Of a stretch of DNA of 64,000 bases, positions 56,039-64,000 are shown one piece after another. The position numbers were made by a program, and so were the translations under genes. Each line of letters begins with the position of its first letter. Position 1 is the stretch's first letter. Origin of the DNA: Candidatus Acidiferrum sp. (lineage in GTDB: Bacteria > Methylomirabilota > Methylomirabilia > Rokubacteriales > CSP1-6); assembly GCA_035317605.1 (NCBI GenBank), contig DATHGT010000258.1:18477-82476 (forward strand). Reading direction: 5' to 3'. The notes under the pieces were generated by a model, which was given only the letters and a program-made list of their open reading frames with translations, was not told where the DNA came from and did no database searches.

Positions 56039-56901
56039 ACCGCGCTCTTCACGGCTGGCTCCTGCTGCTGCCGGCGACGATCCTGCTCGTGGCCTTCACC
56101 CACTACCCGGCGGTGGCCACGCTGGTGGCGAGCTTCTTCTCGACGCCGAAGGGCGCGCGCCCGGCCGTCTGGGTGGGCCTCGACAATTACCAGGCGATGA
56201 TCGCCGATCCCGTGTTCTGGCAGACCCTGCGCAACAACGCCCTGTTCGCGCTCGGCACGATCCCCACCTCGATCGCGCTCGCGCTGCTCATGGCCGTGCT
56301 CGTCAATGAGAAGCTCCGGGGCCGCTCGTTTCTGAGATTGGCGTACTTCACGCCGACCGTGCTGCCGATGATCGCGGTGGCCAACATCTGGCTCTTCTTC
56401 TACACGCCGGGCTACGGACTGGTCGACCAGATCGCCGGCCTCTTCGGGGCGCCGAGCCACAACTGGCTCGGCAGCCGCGACACGGTGCTGGCGTGTCTCA
56501 TCGTGGTGACGGTGTGGAAGGAGGCCGGCTTCTTCATGATCTTCTACCTGGCCGCGCTGCAGTCCATCGCGCCCCAGCTCGCCGAGGCCTCGGCCCTCGA
56601 GGGCGCCTCGCGCTGGTACTTCTTCCGGCGGGTGGCATTTCCGCTGCTGATGCCGACCACGCTGTTCGTGCTGGTCAACGCCGTGATCAACTCGTTCCGG
56701 CTGGTCGACCACATCGTGGTGATGACCAGGGGCGGACCCGACAACGCCAGCGCGCTGCTGCTCTACTACATCTACGACGTGGCCTTCAAGTTCTGGGACA
56801 CCGCCTACGCCGCCGCCCTCACCATGGTCCTGCTGGTGATCCTGGCCGCGGCCGCGGTGGGGCAGTTCGTGTTCCTCGAACGGCGGATCCACTACCAGTG
56901 A
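56035..56901 (+). CDS. ABC transporter permease (UgpA/MalF-like)
   Basis: The EAA region is ...ALEGASRWYFFRRVAFPLL.... The GTG start overlaps the SBP stop. Confidence 0.85.
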   Translation: MNRALHGWLLLLPATILLVAFTHYPAVATLVASFFSTPKGARPAVWVGLDNYQAMIADPVFWQTLRNNALFALGTIPTSIALALLMAVLVNEKLRGRSFLRLAYFTPTVLPMIAVANIWLFFYTPGYGLVDQIAGLFGAPSHNWLGSRDTVLACLIVVTVWKEAGFFMIFYLAALQSIAPQLAEASALEGASRWYFFRRVAFPLLMPTTLFVLVNAVINSFRLVDHIVVMTRGGPDNASALLLYYIYDVAFKFWDTAYAAALTMVLLVILAAAAVGQFVFLERRIHYQ

Positions 56902-57737
56902 GCGCGAGACCGCTCCCCACGCCTCGCCCGCTGAACGGGTGGCGCGTCCTCGAGACGGCCGGCGCGTGGCTGCTGGGAGTGCTGTGGATCCTGCCGCTCG
57001 CCTACGCGACGTGGACCGCGTTTCATGGGCGCGAGTACTCGGCGCGGTTCGTGGCCACGGCCCCGTGGACGCTCGCCAACTTCGTGGAGGCGTGGAACGC
57101 GGCGCCCTTCGCGCGCTACTTCCTGAACACCTTCCTGCTGGTCACGATGATCCTCGCCGCCCAGCTCGTGCTGTGCACGCTGGCCGCCTACGCGTTCGCG
57201 CGCTTCTCCTTCGCGGGGCGCGACGTGGTGTTCCTGCTCGTGCTCATGCAGCTCATGATCATGCCCGACGTGCTGATCGTGGAGAACTACCGCACGATGA
57301 GCCGCCTCGGCGTGCTCGACACCCTCGCGGCCATCGGCCTGCCTTACATGGCCTCGGCGTTCGGCATCTTCCTACTCCGCCAGACGTTCAAGACCGTGCC
57401 GCGCGAGCTGGACGAGGCCGCGCGCGTGGAAGGGGCCGGCGTGCTGGAAACGCTGTGGAAGGTCTACGTGCCGCTGGCCCGACCAGTCTACGTGGCCTAC
57501 GCGCTGGTCTCGATCAGCTACCACTGGAACAACTTCCTGTGGCCGCTGATCGCCACCAACTCGGTGACCTCACGCCCGCTCACGGTCGGCCTGCAGATCT
57601 TCTCCTCGACCGATCAGGGCGTGGACTGGTCGATCATCACGGCCGCCACGCTGATGACGTCGGCGCCGCTGCTGATCGCGTTCCTCCTCTTCCAGCGCCA
57701 GTTCGTCCAGAGCTTCATGCGCGCCGGCATCCGGTAG
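56898..57737 (+). CDS. ABC transporter permease (UgpE/MalG-like)
   Basis: The EAA region is LDEAARVEGAGVLETLWKVYVPLARP. GTG 56898 overlaps the preceding stop. Confidence 0.85.
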   Translation: MSARPLPTPRPLNGWRVLETAGAWLLGVLWILPLAYATWTAFHGREYSARFVATAPWTLANFVEAWNAAPFARYFLNTFLLVTMILAAQLVLCTLAAYAFARFSFAGRDVVFLLVLMQLMIMPDVLIVENYRTMSRLGVLDTLAAIGLPYMASAFGIFLLRQTFKTVPRELDEAARVEGAGVLETLWKVYVPLARPVYVAYALVSISYHWNNFLWPLIATNSVTSRPLTVGLQIFSSTDQGVDWSIITAATLMTSAPLLIAFLLFQRQFVQSFMRAGIR

Positions 57738-57785
57738 CTCGGAGGGGGGCTTCGCCTGCCCGGGCAGCTCGGGCTCGAACCGCGT

Positions 57786-58157
57786 TCAGACGAGAGCGAG
57801 CGGCATGAGCAGGCCGGGAACGGGGACGAGGCGACGGTTGACGGGGTCGGGTGCCAGGCGCAGGCCTTCGAGGGCGTAGGCGCCGAGCAATGCGGGGCTA
57901 TCGGAGTCGGCAAACACGACGATCGTCGCGACGGCACTTCCACCGATCCTGATCCAGGTGTGCCCGATCTCGCGCTGGACGGGGTCGCCGTACGCAAGCT
58001 GGAACCAGACACGTTCATGCGGCACGACGCCTAAGCGTTCGAGGAGCGGGCGCGGCACGCTTGTATACGTTGCTCCGGTGTCCACGAGCGCCTCGACTCG
58101 GTCGTAGCGGCGGCCCTCGGGATCACCGATCTCGACGTCCACGTTGAACGTGCCCAT
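57786..58157 (-). CDS. Retropepsin-like single-domain aspartic protease (paralog of 45794..46210)
   Basis: ALVDTGATYTSVP is the DTGA motif. Confidence 0.55.
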   Translation of the reverse strand: MGTFNVDVEIGDPEGRRYDRVEALVDTGATYTSVPRPLLERLGVVPHERVWFQLAYGDPVQREIGHTWIRIGGSAVATIVVFADSDSPALLGAYALEGLRLAPDPVNRRLVPVPGLLMPLALV

Positions 58158-58246
58158 GGCTCACCTCCACGCACATTTCACCGGCTCCACGGGCGCCCGT
58201 CAATGTCCAATCTTTCAGACACCACCGACCAAGCGGACCGCGGGGC

Positions 58247-58651
58247 TTAGCCGGCGGCGGCCAGCGACGCCGACTCCGGGCGGGCGTAGCTGACCGTGAG
58301 GATCTCCCAGAGGTGGCCGTCGGCGTCTTCCCAGTAGACGTTCTTGCCGCCGAGGCGCGTGTTGATCTGCATGTCGTTCTCGCTTCGGGGTCGGCTCCGA
58401 TACGGAATGCCCGCCGCCTGGATGCGGCCGAAGATCGCGTCGAACTCGGCGTCGCTCACCGAGAAGCAGAAGTGATGGCTCTCGAACCGGTCGCGAGTGG
58501 CGAAGTCGACGGTGCAACCGTCGTTGACATAGACAGGCGAAAAGGTCCCCTGCAACTCCGCCCACGGAACGTCGAGCAGACTGGCGAGGAACTTCGCCCC
58601 CTGGGCCTGGTTGCGGGAGGGCACGATCAGGTGGTCGAGTCGAATGGCCAT
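58247..58651 (-). CDS. VOC-family (glyoxalase/bleomycin-resistance/dioxygenase) protein
   Basis: MAIRLDHLIVPSRN...HFCFSVSD...GHLWEI. Confidence 0.8.
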   Translation of the reverse strand: MAIRLDHLIVPSRNQAQGAKFLASLLDVPWAELQGTFSPVYVNDGCTVDFATRDRFESHHFCFSVSDAEFDAIFGRIQAAGIPYRSRPRSENDMQINTRLGGKNVYWEDADGHLWEILTVSYARPESASLAAAG

Positions 58652-58695
58652 GGCTCACCTCCACGAAGACGTGCGCCAAGCGTAACCCGAGAGCG

Positions 58696-59574
58696 CTATT
58701 CGCGAAACCGGGGATCCAGCAGGTCGCGCAGCCCGTCGCCGAGCAGATTCACACCGAGGACCGCGAGCAGGAGGGCGAGGCCGGGGAAGACGGCGACCCA
58801 GGGGGCCGTGACCAGGAACGTCTGGCCGTCGGCGAGCAGCGCGCCCCACGAGAGCGTCGGCGATTGGGCACCGAGTCCCAGGAAGGACAGCCCGGCCTCG
58901 GCGATCATGTTGCTGCCCACGCCGAGGGTGGCCGCGACGAGCAGCGGGCCGAGCGCGTTGGGCAGGAGATGGCGCACCACGATGCTCAGGTGGGGCGCGC
59001 CGAGCGCGCGCGCCGCCTGGACGTACTCGCGCGTCTTCAGCGAGAGCACGGCGCCGCGCACGACCCGCGCGATCGTCGTCCAGCCGAGGGCGACCAGCAC
59101 GAGCACGACCTTGTCGAGGCCGGGGCGCTCGAACACCGCGATGAGGCCGATGGCCAGCACCAGCGACGGAAAGGCCATCACCACGTCCGTCGTCCGCATG
59201 AGCACGGCGTCCAGCGTGCCGCCCGCGTAGCCCGCGACGAGCCCGATCGCGCATCCGAGCCCCGCCACGAGCAGCTCCACTCCGACGCCGACCGCCAGCG
59301 AGACGCGGCCGGCCCAGAGCACGCGCGCCAGCAAATCGCGCCCGAGCGCGTCGGTCCCGAACGGATGCGCGGCCGTCGGCCGCTCGAGCGTCACCCCACC
59401 CGCGGCCGCGATCTCGAGGGGGTCGTGGGGAGCGAGCGCGGGGGCCAGGGCCGTGGCCGTCGTCAGCACGAACAGGAGGAGGGCGCCGGCGAGGATGCCG
59501 CGATGCCGCACGATCGACGCCCGCCACCCGTTGCGCGGGGCGCTCCCATCGGCCTGGAACGTGGACGGGGACAC
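58696..59574 (-). CDS. Peptide ABC transporter permease (DppC/OppC-like), second locus
   Basis: The EAA region is IAEAGLSFLGLGAQSPTLSWG. Confidence 0.85.
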   Translation of the reverse strand: MSPSTFQADGSAPRNGWRASIVRHRGILAGALLLFVLTTATALAPALAPHDPLEIAAAGGVTLERPTAAHPFGTDALGRDLLARVLWAGRVSLAVGVGVELLVAGLGCAIGLVAGYAGGTLDAVLMRTTDVVMAFPSLVLAIGLIAVFERPGLDKVVLVLVALGWTTIARVVRGAVLSLKTREYVQAARALGAPHLSIVVRHLLPNALGPLLVAATLGVGSNMIAEAGLSFLGLGAQSPTLSWGALLADGQTFLVTAPWVAVFPGLALLLAVLGVNLLGDGLRDLLDPRFRE

Positions 59575-59583
59575 GGCGAGTCC

Positions 59584-60507
59584 CTACGTCGAACGCGTTC
59601 GAGGGTCGACGACGAGGTACGCGAGGTCGACGAGGAGGTTGGCGACCACGTAGACGAGCGCGAAGACCAGGACCGCGCCCATCACGACCGGCAGATCGCG
59701 CTGGCCCACCGAGGCCACCAGCAACCGGCCCAGTCCCGGCCACGCGAACACCGTCTCGGTCAACGGCGCGCCCACCAGCAAATCCGCGAGCCCGATGCCG
59801 ATCACGGTGACGACCGGGATGGCCGCGTTGCGCAGCGCGTGCTTGACCAGCAGCACCGGCTCGGCCAGGCCCTTGGCCCGCGCGGTGGTCATGTAGTCCT
59901 GGCGCGCGACCTCCAGCAGGCTGCCCCGCGTCATGCGCGCGATGCTGCCGGTGTGCAGCGCGCCCAGGGTGAGCGCCGGCAACAACAGGTGGCCGACGTC
60001 GCCGTCCCCGTAACCCGAGACGGGCAGCCAGCCGAGGGTCACCGCGAACACCAGCGAGAGCATCATGCCGAGCCAGAACACGGGCGTGGAGATGCCGAGC
60101 ACGGCCGTGGCCATCATCGCGTGATCGACGAGCGAGCCGGGCCGGCGGGCGGCGAGGGCGCCCATGGCCACGCCCGCGATCACCGAGATGAGGGTGGCGG
60201 CCACGGCCAGGCGCAGGGTCGCGGGGGCGCGCTCGGCGATGATCTCGGTGACCGGGCGCTGCTGGTGATACGAGTGGCCGAGGTCGCCGCGGGCCAGCCG
60301 TCCCATCCACGCGCCGTACTGCGCGACGAGCGAACGATCGAGGGCGTAGTCGCGCCGGATGCGCTCGAGCACCTCGGGATCGCCGCGCTGGCCCATGGCC
60401 GCCCGCGCGGGATCGCCGAGGGCGAGCGCGTTGAGCACGAACACCAGGAGGGTCACGCCGAACACCACGGGGACCAGCGCCACCACGCGTCCGGCAGCGA
60501 CGCGCAC
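59584..60507 (-). CDS. Peptide ABC transporter permease (DppB/OppB-like), second locus
   Basis: GTG 60507 gives MRVAAGRVVALVPVVFGVTLLVFVL..., the typical DppB N-terminus. The upstream part of ORF 59584..60612 is not coding. Confidence 0.8.
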   Translation of the reverse strand: MRVAAGRVVALVPVVFGVTLLVFVLNALALGDPARAAMGQRGDPEVLERIRRDYALDRSLVAQYGAWMGRLARGDLGHSYHQQRPVTEIIAERAPATLRLAVAATLISVIAGVAMGALAARRPGSLVDHAMMATAVLGISTPVFWLGMMLSLVFAVTLGWLPVSGYGDGDVGHLLLPALTLGALHTGSIARMTRGSLLEVARQDYMTTARAKGLAEPVLLVKHALRNAAIPVVTVIGIGLADLLVGAPLTETVFAWPGLGRLLVASVGQRDLPVVMGAVLVFALVYVVANLLVDLAYLVVDPRTRST

Positions 60508-60613
60508 GAGCTCGCTGGGAACCTGTGGGAAAAATCGAGGGGCGCCACGGCTTCGCCGGGGCGTCCCGAGCCGCCCAGGGGGGCTTGGGGGGCCCGTAGC
60601 TAGGCCCCCCATG

Positions 60614-62215
60614 TCATCGTTCCAGCCAGACCTTGCGGAGGGGCGCCAGGAACTCGGGCGCGGTCGATTGCGGCGAGCGCTCGAGACCCCTGACGTAGGG
60701 TTTGATGAGCGCGCGGCTGGCGTAGTGGTAGAGTGAGACCCACGCCGCGTCGTCGATGACGATCTGTTCCGCCTCGTGATACTTCGCGTCGCGGGCGCGT
60801 CCCGGCGCCATGGTGTCGGCCTCGTCGAGCAGCCGATCGACGGTCGGCTGGCGATAGCGCGAGGTGTTGCCCGGGGCGCCCACGTTCCTCGAATGAAAGA
60901 GCACGGTGAGGAAATTCTCGGGGTCGGGATAGTCCGCGATCCACGCCTGACGGAAGAAGCCCGCGGAGCCGCTATCCACCAGCTTCAGGTGCGCCGCCCA
61001 GTCCAGCCGCCGCAGCTCGAGCGCGATGCCGATCTCCTTGAGCTGGGCCTGGAGCAGCTCGGCGATCCGCTGGTTGGTGTCGGTGGTGTTGAAGTGATAC
61101 GCGAGCGGGTTCAGTCCCTTGCCGCCGGCGTGGCCGGCCTCGGCGAGCAACCGGCGGGCCAGCTCCCGGTCGAGGGCGAGCCGCTTGACCTCGGGGTTGT
61201 AGCCGGGCAGCGACGGCGGCAGGAGGCCGCGGGCCGGGGTCACGCAGCGCTCGAGCAGCCGCTCGACCACGATGGTGGGGTCGATGGCGTGGGCGATGGC
61301 CCGACGGACCTTTAGATCTGCGAAGGGCGGCCGCTCGACGTTGAAGCGGACGGCGTGGGTGCCCAGGGTCGGCCAGATGGCCACCTCGCCCTTGAGGTGC
61401 GGATCGCGCTGCACCGACTGGCACTGCCCGGTGGGGATGTCGCTCACGTCCAGCTGACCCGCGCGATATTCGTTGAACCGGGTGATCTCGGCCGGGATGA
61501 TCCGGAACACCACCCGGTCGAGCGCGGCCGGCCCGCGGAAGTGGCCGGGGAATTTTTCGAGCACGAGCTGATCGTCGCGGCGCCACGACACGAAGCGGAA
61601 GGCGCCGGTGCCCACGGGACGGCTGGCGAAGCCGCCGCGGGCGTCCGCGGCTTCGCGCGGGATCACCGAGGCGGCGTCGTAGGCCATGAGGTAGAGGAAC
61701 GGCGCGAACGGTCGATCGAGCCGGATCTCCACCGTGAGATCGTCGACCACGCGCAGGCCCGCCATGTCGGTCGCGCGGCCGGCGATGACGTCGCGGGCCC
61801 CCGCGATCTTCTCGAACACCCACGGGCGCTTCCCACGCGCCGCCCGCTCGAACGAGTATTTCACGTCGGCCGCGCGCAGCTCGCGCCCGTTGTGGAAGCG
61901 CACGCCCGGACGCAGGCGGAACGTGTAGACGCGCTGATCCGTCGACACCGTGAAGCTCGCGGCCAGCGCGGGCTGAGGCCGCAGCCGATCGTCCAGCTCC
62001 AGGAGCGCGTCGAACACCTGACGGATCACCGCCGCGGAGGTGAGGTCGGTCGCCTCCGCCGGATCGAGCGTGGGCGGATCGGTGGCGAACACCGCGCGCA
62101 GCGTCCCTCCGGTCTTGCGCGCCTCCTGGGCGCCGGCGGCGGGCGCGAGGGCGAGGGCGGCCAGCGTCACCGCGACGGCGGAAACGGTCAGCTTCACGAC
62201 GGAACGTCGAGCCAC
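60614..62215 (-). CDS. Peptide ABC transporter substrate-binding protein, family 5
   Basis: A GTG start gives the signal MARRSVVKLTVSAVAVTLAALALAPAAGAQ (an alternative GTG at 62197 is possible). The family-5 SBP fold runs throughout. Confidence 0.8.
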   Translation of the reverse strand: MARRSVVKLTVSAVAVTLAALALAPAAGAQEARKTGGTLRAVFATDPPTLDPAEATDLTSAAVIRQVFDALLELDDRLRPQPALAASFTVSTDQRVYTFRLRPGVRFHNGRELRAADVKYSFERAARGKRPWVFEKIAGARDVIAGRATDMAGLRVVDDLTVEIRLDRPFAPFLYLMAYDAASVIPREAADARGGFASRPVGTGAFRFVSWRRDDQLVLEKFPGHFRGPAALDRVVFRIIPAEITRFNEYRAGQLDVSDIPTGQCQSVQRDPHLKGEVAIWPTLGTHAVRFNVERPPFADLKVRRAIAHAIDPTIVVERLLERCVTPARGLLPPSLPGYNPEVKRLALDRELARRLLAEAGHAGGKGLNPLAYHFNTTDTNQRIAELLQAQLKEIGIALELRRLDWAAHLKLVDSGSAGFFRQAWIADYPDPENFLTVLFHSRNVGAPGNTSRYRQPTVDRLLDEADTMAPGRARDAKYHEAEQIVIDDAAWVSLYHYASRALIKPYVRGLERSPQSTAPEFLAPLRKVWLER

Positions 62216-63774
62216 ACGCCGTGCAGGCGATGGATGCCCGTGGGATGCAGTCGCAGCCCGCGCACTTCCGGCCGGGCCACCGCCCACAGTAAGCGCACGT
62301 AGAGCGGGATCCACGGGACCTCGTCGGCGAGCGTCGCCTGCGCGCGCTGGTAGAGGCGCAGGCGCTCGGCCCGGAAGGAGAGCTGACTGGCCCGGATCAG
62401 CAGATCGTCCAGGCGGGGACTGCGATGGAACGACAGGTTGGAGGCGCGGGCCCCCTTCTCCGCGCCCTCGCTGGTCGAGAGCGGATAGAGCAGAAAGTGC
62501 GGATCGCCCCCGATCACGGCGGCTTCGCCGAGCACGAGATCGTGCGTCCCGGACTGACTGGCCGAGCGCGCCGCCTCCGCCGGCTCGATGCGCAGGTCGA
62601 CCGGCATGTCGGACGCCTGGAGCATCAGGTAGAGCGTCTCCGCCAGCTTCGTGCGATTCACGGTGGTCGGCTCACCGACAGGTATGAGCAGCGAGGTCGT
62701 TCGTCCCTGGGGAAAGCCGCCCTCGCGGAGGAGCGCGGCCACGGCCTGCCGGCCTCCTCCGATCACCGGCGGTCCCGCGCGGGACGCCCACGCGCCGGGA
62801 GGCAGAAACGACAGGAGGGGCACCGCCGCGCGTCCGAGCGCCGGGGCGAGGAGGGCGGGATCCAGGGCCGTGGCCACCGCCTGACGGATCTTCTTGACCG
62901 TGAACGGCGCCTTCTCGGTCTGGAGCGCGAGAAACCCCACGTGGAGCCCGGGGATCGAGAGCGCGCCTTCCGTGCGACGCGGCGGACCGCGCGGCAGCCA
63001 CACGTCGAGGCTGCGCGCATCGAGCTCGCCTTCCGCCTGCTCGTCGGATCCCATCTCGAGGAACGTGAGGCGCGACGCGCGCGCGCCACCGGTCCAGTGT
63101 CCGGCAGCCGCCTCCAGCACCATGCGACCGGGCGCGGCCTCGGCGAGGCGATAGGGTCCGCTGCCGATGAGCAAGGGCGTGCCGTCGATGGCCGTCGTCG
63201 ACTTGGCGATGCCGAAGCCGGGATGCGCGAGCACGGTGAGCAGCGGCGCATACGGCTGGAACAGGACGAACTGGAGCGTGCGGGCGTCGGTCGCGCGCAC
63301 GTCTTTCACGACCCCCGGCACGCCGCGGAGCAGCGAGCTCCACACGAGGGCCGTGCCCGGAGGGCGTCCCTCGGTCTTGAGCCAGCGCTCGAAGCTCGCC
63401 GCCGCCTCCCGCGCGGTCAGCGGGGTGCCGTCGTGAAAGCGAACGCCGTCGCGGAGCGTGAACGACCACGTGAGCCCGTCGCGTGAGACGCCCCAGCGCA
63501 GCGCGAGCGCCGGCTCCACGTCGGTCGACGCCTCGCGGTAGACCACGAGCGTATCGAAGATCTGACGCGACACCAGCGCCCCGGCGCCTTCCAGCGCCGC
63601 CAGGGGATCGAGGGCGGTGGGCAGACCGACCACGCCGATGCGAACGTCCCGGCGAGCGGGAGGCGGCGGCGACGCCGTCGGCGGTGGGATCGCCGGCTGC
63701 GCGTCGGCGAGCGCGCCGCCCGACGCACACGTCAGCACGATCGCCAGCGTCAGCGCGAGTCCACTCGCTGACAT
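62194..63774 (-). CDS. Second family-5 substrate-binding lipoprotein of the same locus
   Basis: The lipobox is LAIVLTCASGG. The SBP_bac_5 fold is present. The stop overlaps the next SBP start by ~20 nt. Confidence 0.8.
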   Translation of the reverse strand: MSASGLALTLAIVLTCASGGALADAQPAIPPPTASPPPPARRDVRIGVVGLPTALDPLAALEGAGALVSRQIFDTLVVYREASTDVEPALALRWGVSRDGLTWSFTLRDGVRFHDGTPLTAREAAASFERWLKTEGRPPGTALVWSSLLRGVPGVVKDVRATDARTLQFVLFQPYAPLLTVLAHPGFGIAKSTTAIDGTPLLIGSGPYRLAEAAPGRMVLEAAAGHWTGGARASRLTFLEMGSDEQAEGELDARSLDVWLPRGPPRRTEGALSIPGLHVGFLALQTEKAPFTVKKIRQAVATALDPALLAPALGRAAVPLLSFLPPGAWASRAGPPVIGGGRQAVAALLREGGFPQGRTTSLLIPVGEPTTVNRTKLAETLYLMLQASDMPVDLRIEPAEAARSASQSGTHDLVLGEAAVIGGDPHFLLYPLSTSEGAEKGARASNLSFHRSPRLDDLLIRASQLSFRAERLRLYQRAQATLADEVPWIPLYVRLLWAVARPEVRGLRLHPTGIHRLHGVWLDVPS

Positions 63775-64000
63775 AGCCCTTTCTTATACGTGGAACCGCT
63801 GGTGCACGCCACCCGTTTCGAGATCGATGGCGCCGCGTGCGCGGTACAGAACTTGCTCGACGAATGAGCGAGATGTCGAGCACGCACTCTCGGGCGTCGA
63901 GGACGCGCGACAATGAGGCAGCGTGAACGTAAACTGCAAGAAAACCAGGCGTGTAACCTTGACTTTCTTTTTTACAGCCGCCTATACTCGGGCACGGTCG

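Overview
This is high-GC (~68-70%) chromosomal DNA from a Gram-negative-type bacterium. The evidence for that envelope type is Tat and Sec signal peptides, lipoboxes, and MsrPQ, MlaC and OmpA-domain genes. Gene density is high, with many 4-nt GTGA/ATGA/TTGA stop-start overlaps, and there are no rRNA, tRNA, CRISPR or transposase/integrase genes. About two thirds of the long ORFs in the supplied track are alternative-frame shadows of real genes on the opposite strand, so I called genes from recognisable protein motifs and operon structure rather than ORF length. Coordinates for ORF ends come from the ORF track, and starts I re-derived by codon arithmetic; in three places (near 5600, 36280 and 52054) my own reading of the numbered sequence lines disagreed with the track by one base, so treat all re-derived coordinates as +/-1 to 3 nt.

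Four things stand out, and the first three would be missed by a standard ORF caller:
- **Three in-frame UGA (selenocysteine) candidates at redox motifs.** Each has a hairpin 2-15 nt downstream: a TlpA/ResA-like thioredoxin-fold protein (UxxC, 7151..7690), a glutaredoxin/NrdH-like protein (UxxC, 34545..34781) sitting 13 nt upstream of a ferredoxin:thioredoxin-reductase catalytic subunit, and an AhpD/CMD-like protein (CxxU, 35745..36533).
- **A six-gene overlapping operon (2570..7690, - strand).** Order: selenoprotein TlpA-like, sensor histidine kinase, periplasmic TPR-like protein, OmpR-type response regulator, msrP, msrQ.
- **A tandem array of three secreted-metalloprotease cassettes (16827..26385, - strand).** Each has a small secreted protein gene just upstream. 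One protease is M4 thermolysin-like and two carry an unassigned HELGHGLGF zinc motif; all share a near-identical ~0.9 kb C-terminal FG-GAP-repeat module at the DNA level. The third copy is broken by an 85-bp deletion. I think this array is the strongest candidate for an undescribed system.
- **Two peptide ABC importer loci with no ATPase genes.** One has an S8 subtilisin-like protease gene inserted between its binding protein and permeases.

Other content: an EgtB-like sulfoxide synthase with no egtD partner, a MoaD/ThiS-like Gly-Gly protein directly after acs, a vapBC toxin-antitoxin pair with a leaderless promoter, a sugar ABC operon, a molybdopterin oxidoreductase, a split class I fumarase, and various hydrolases.
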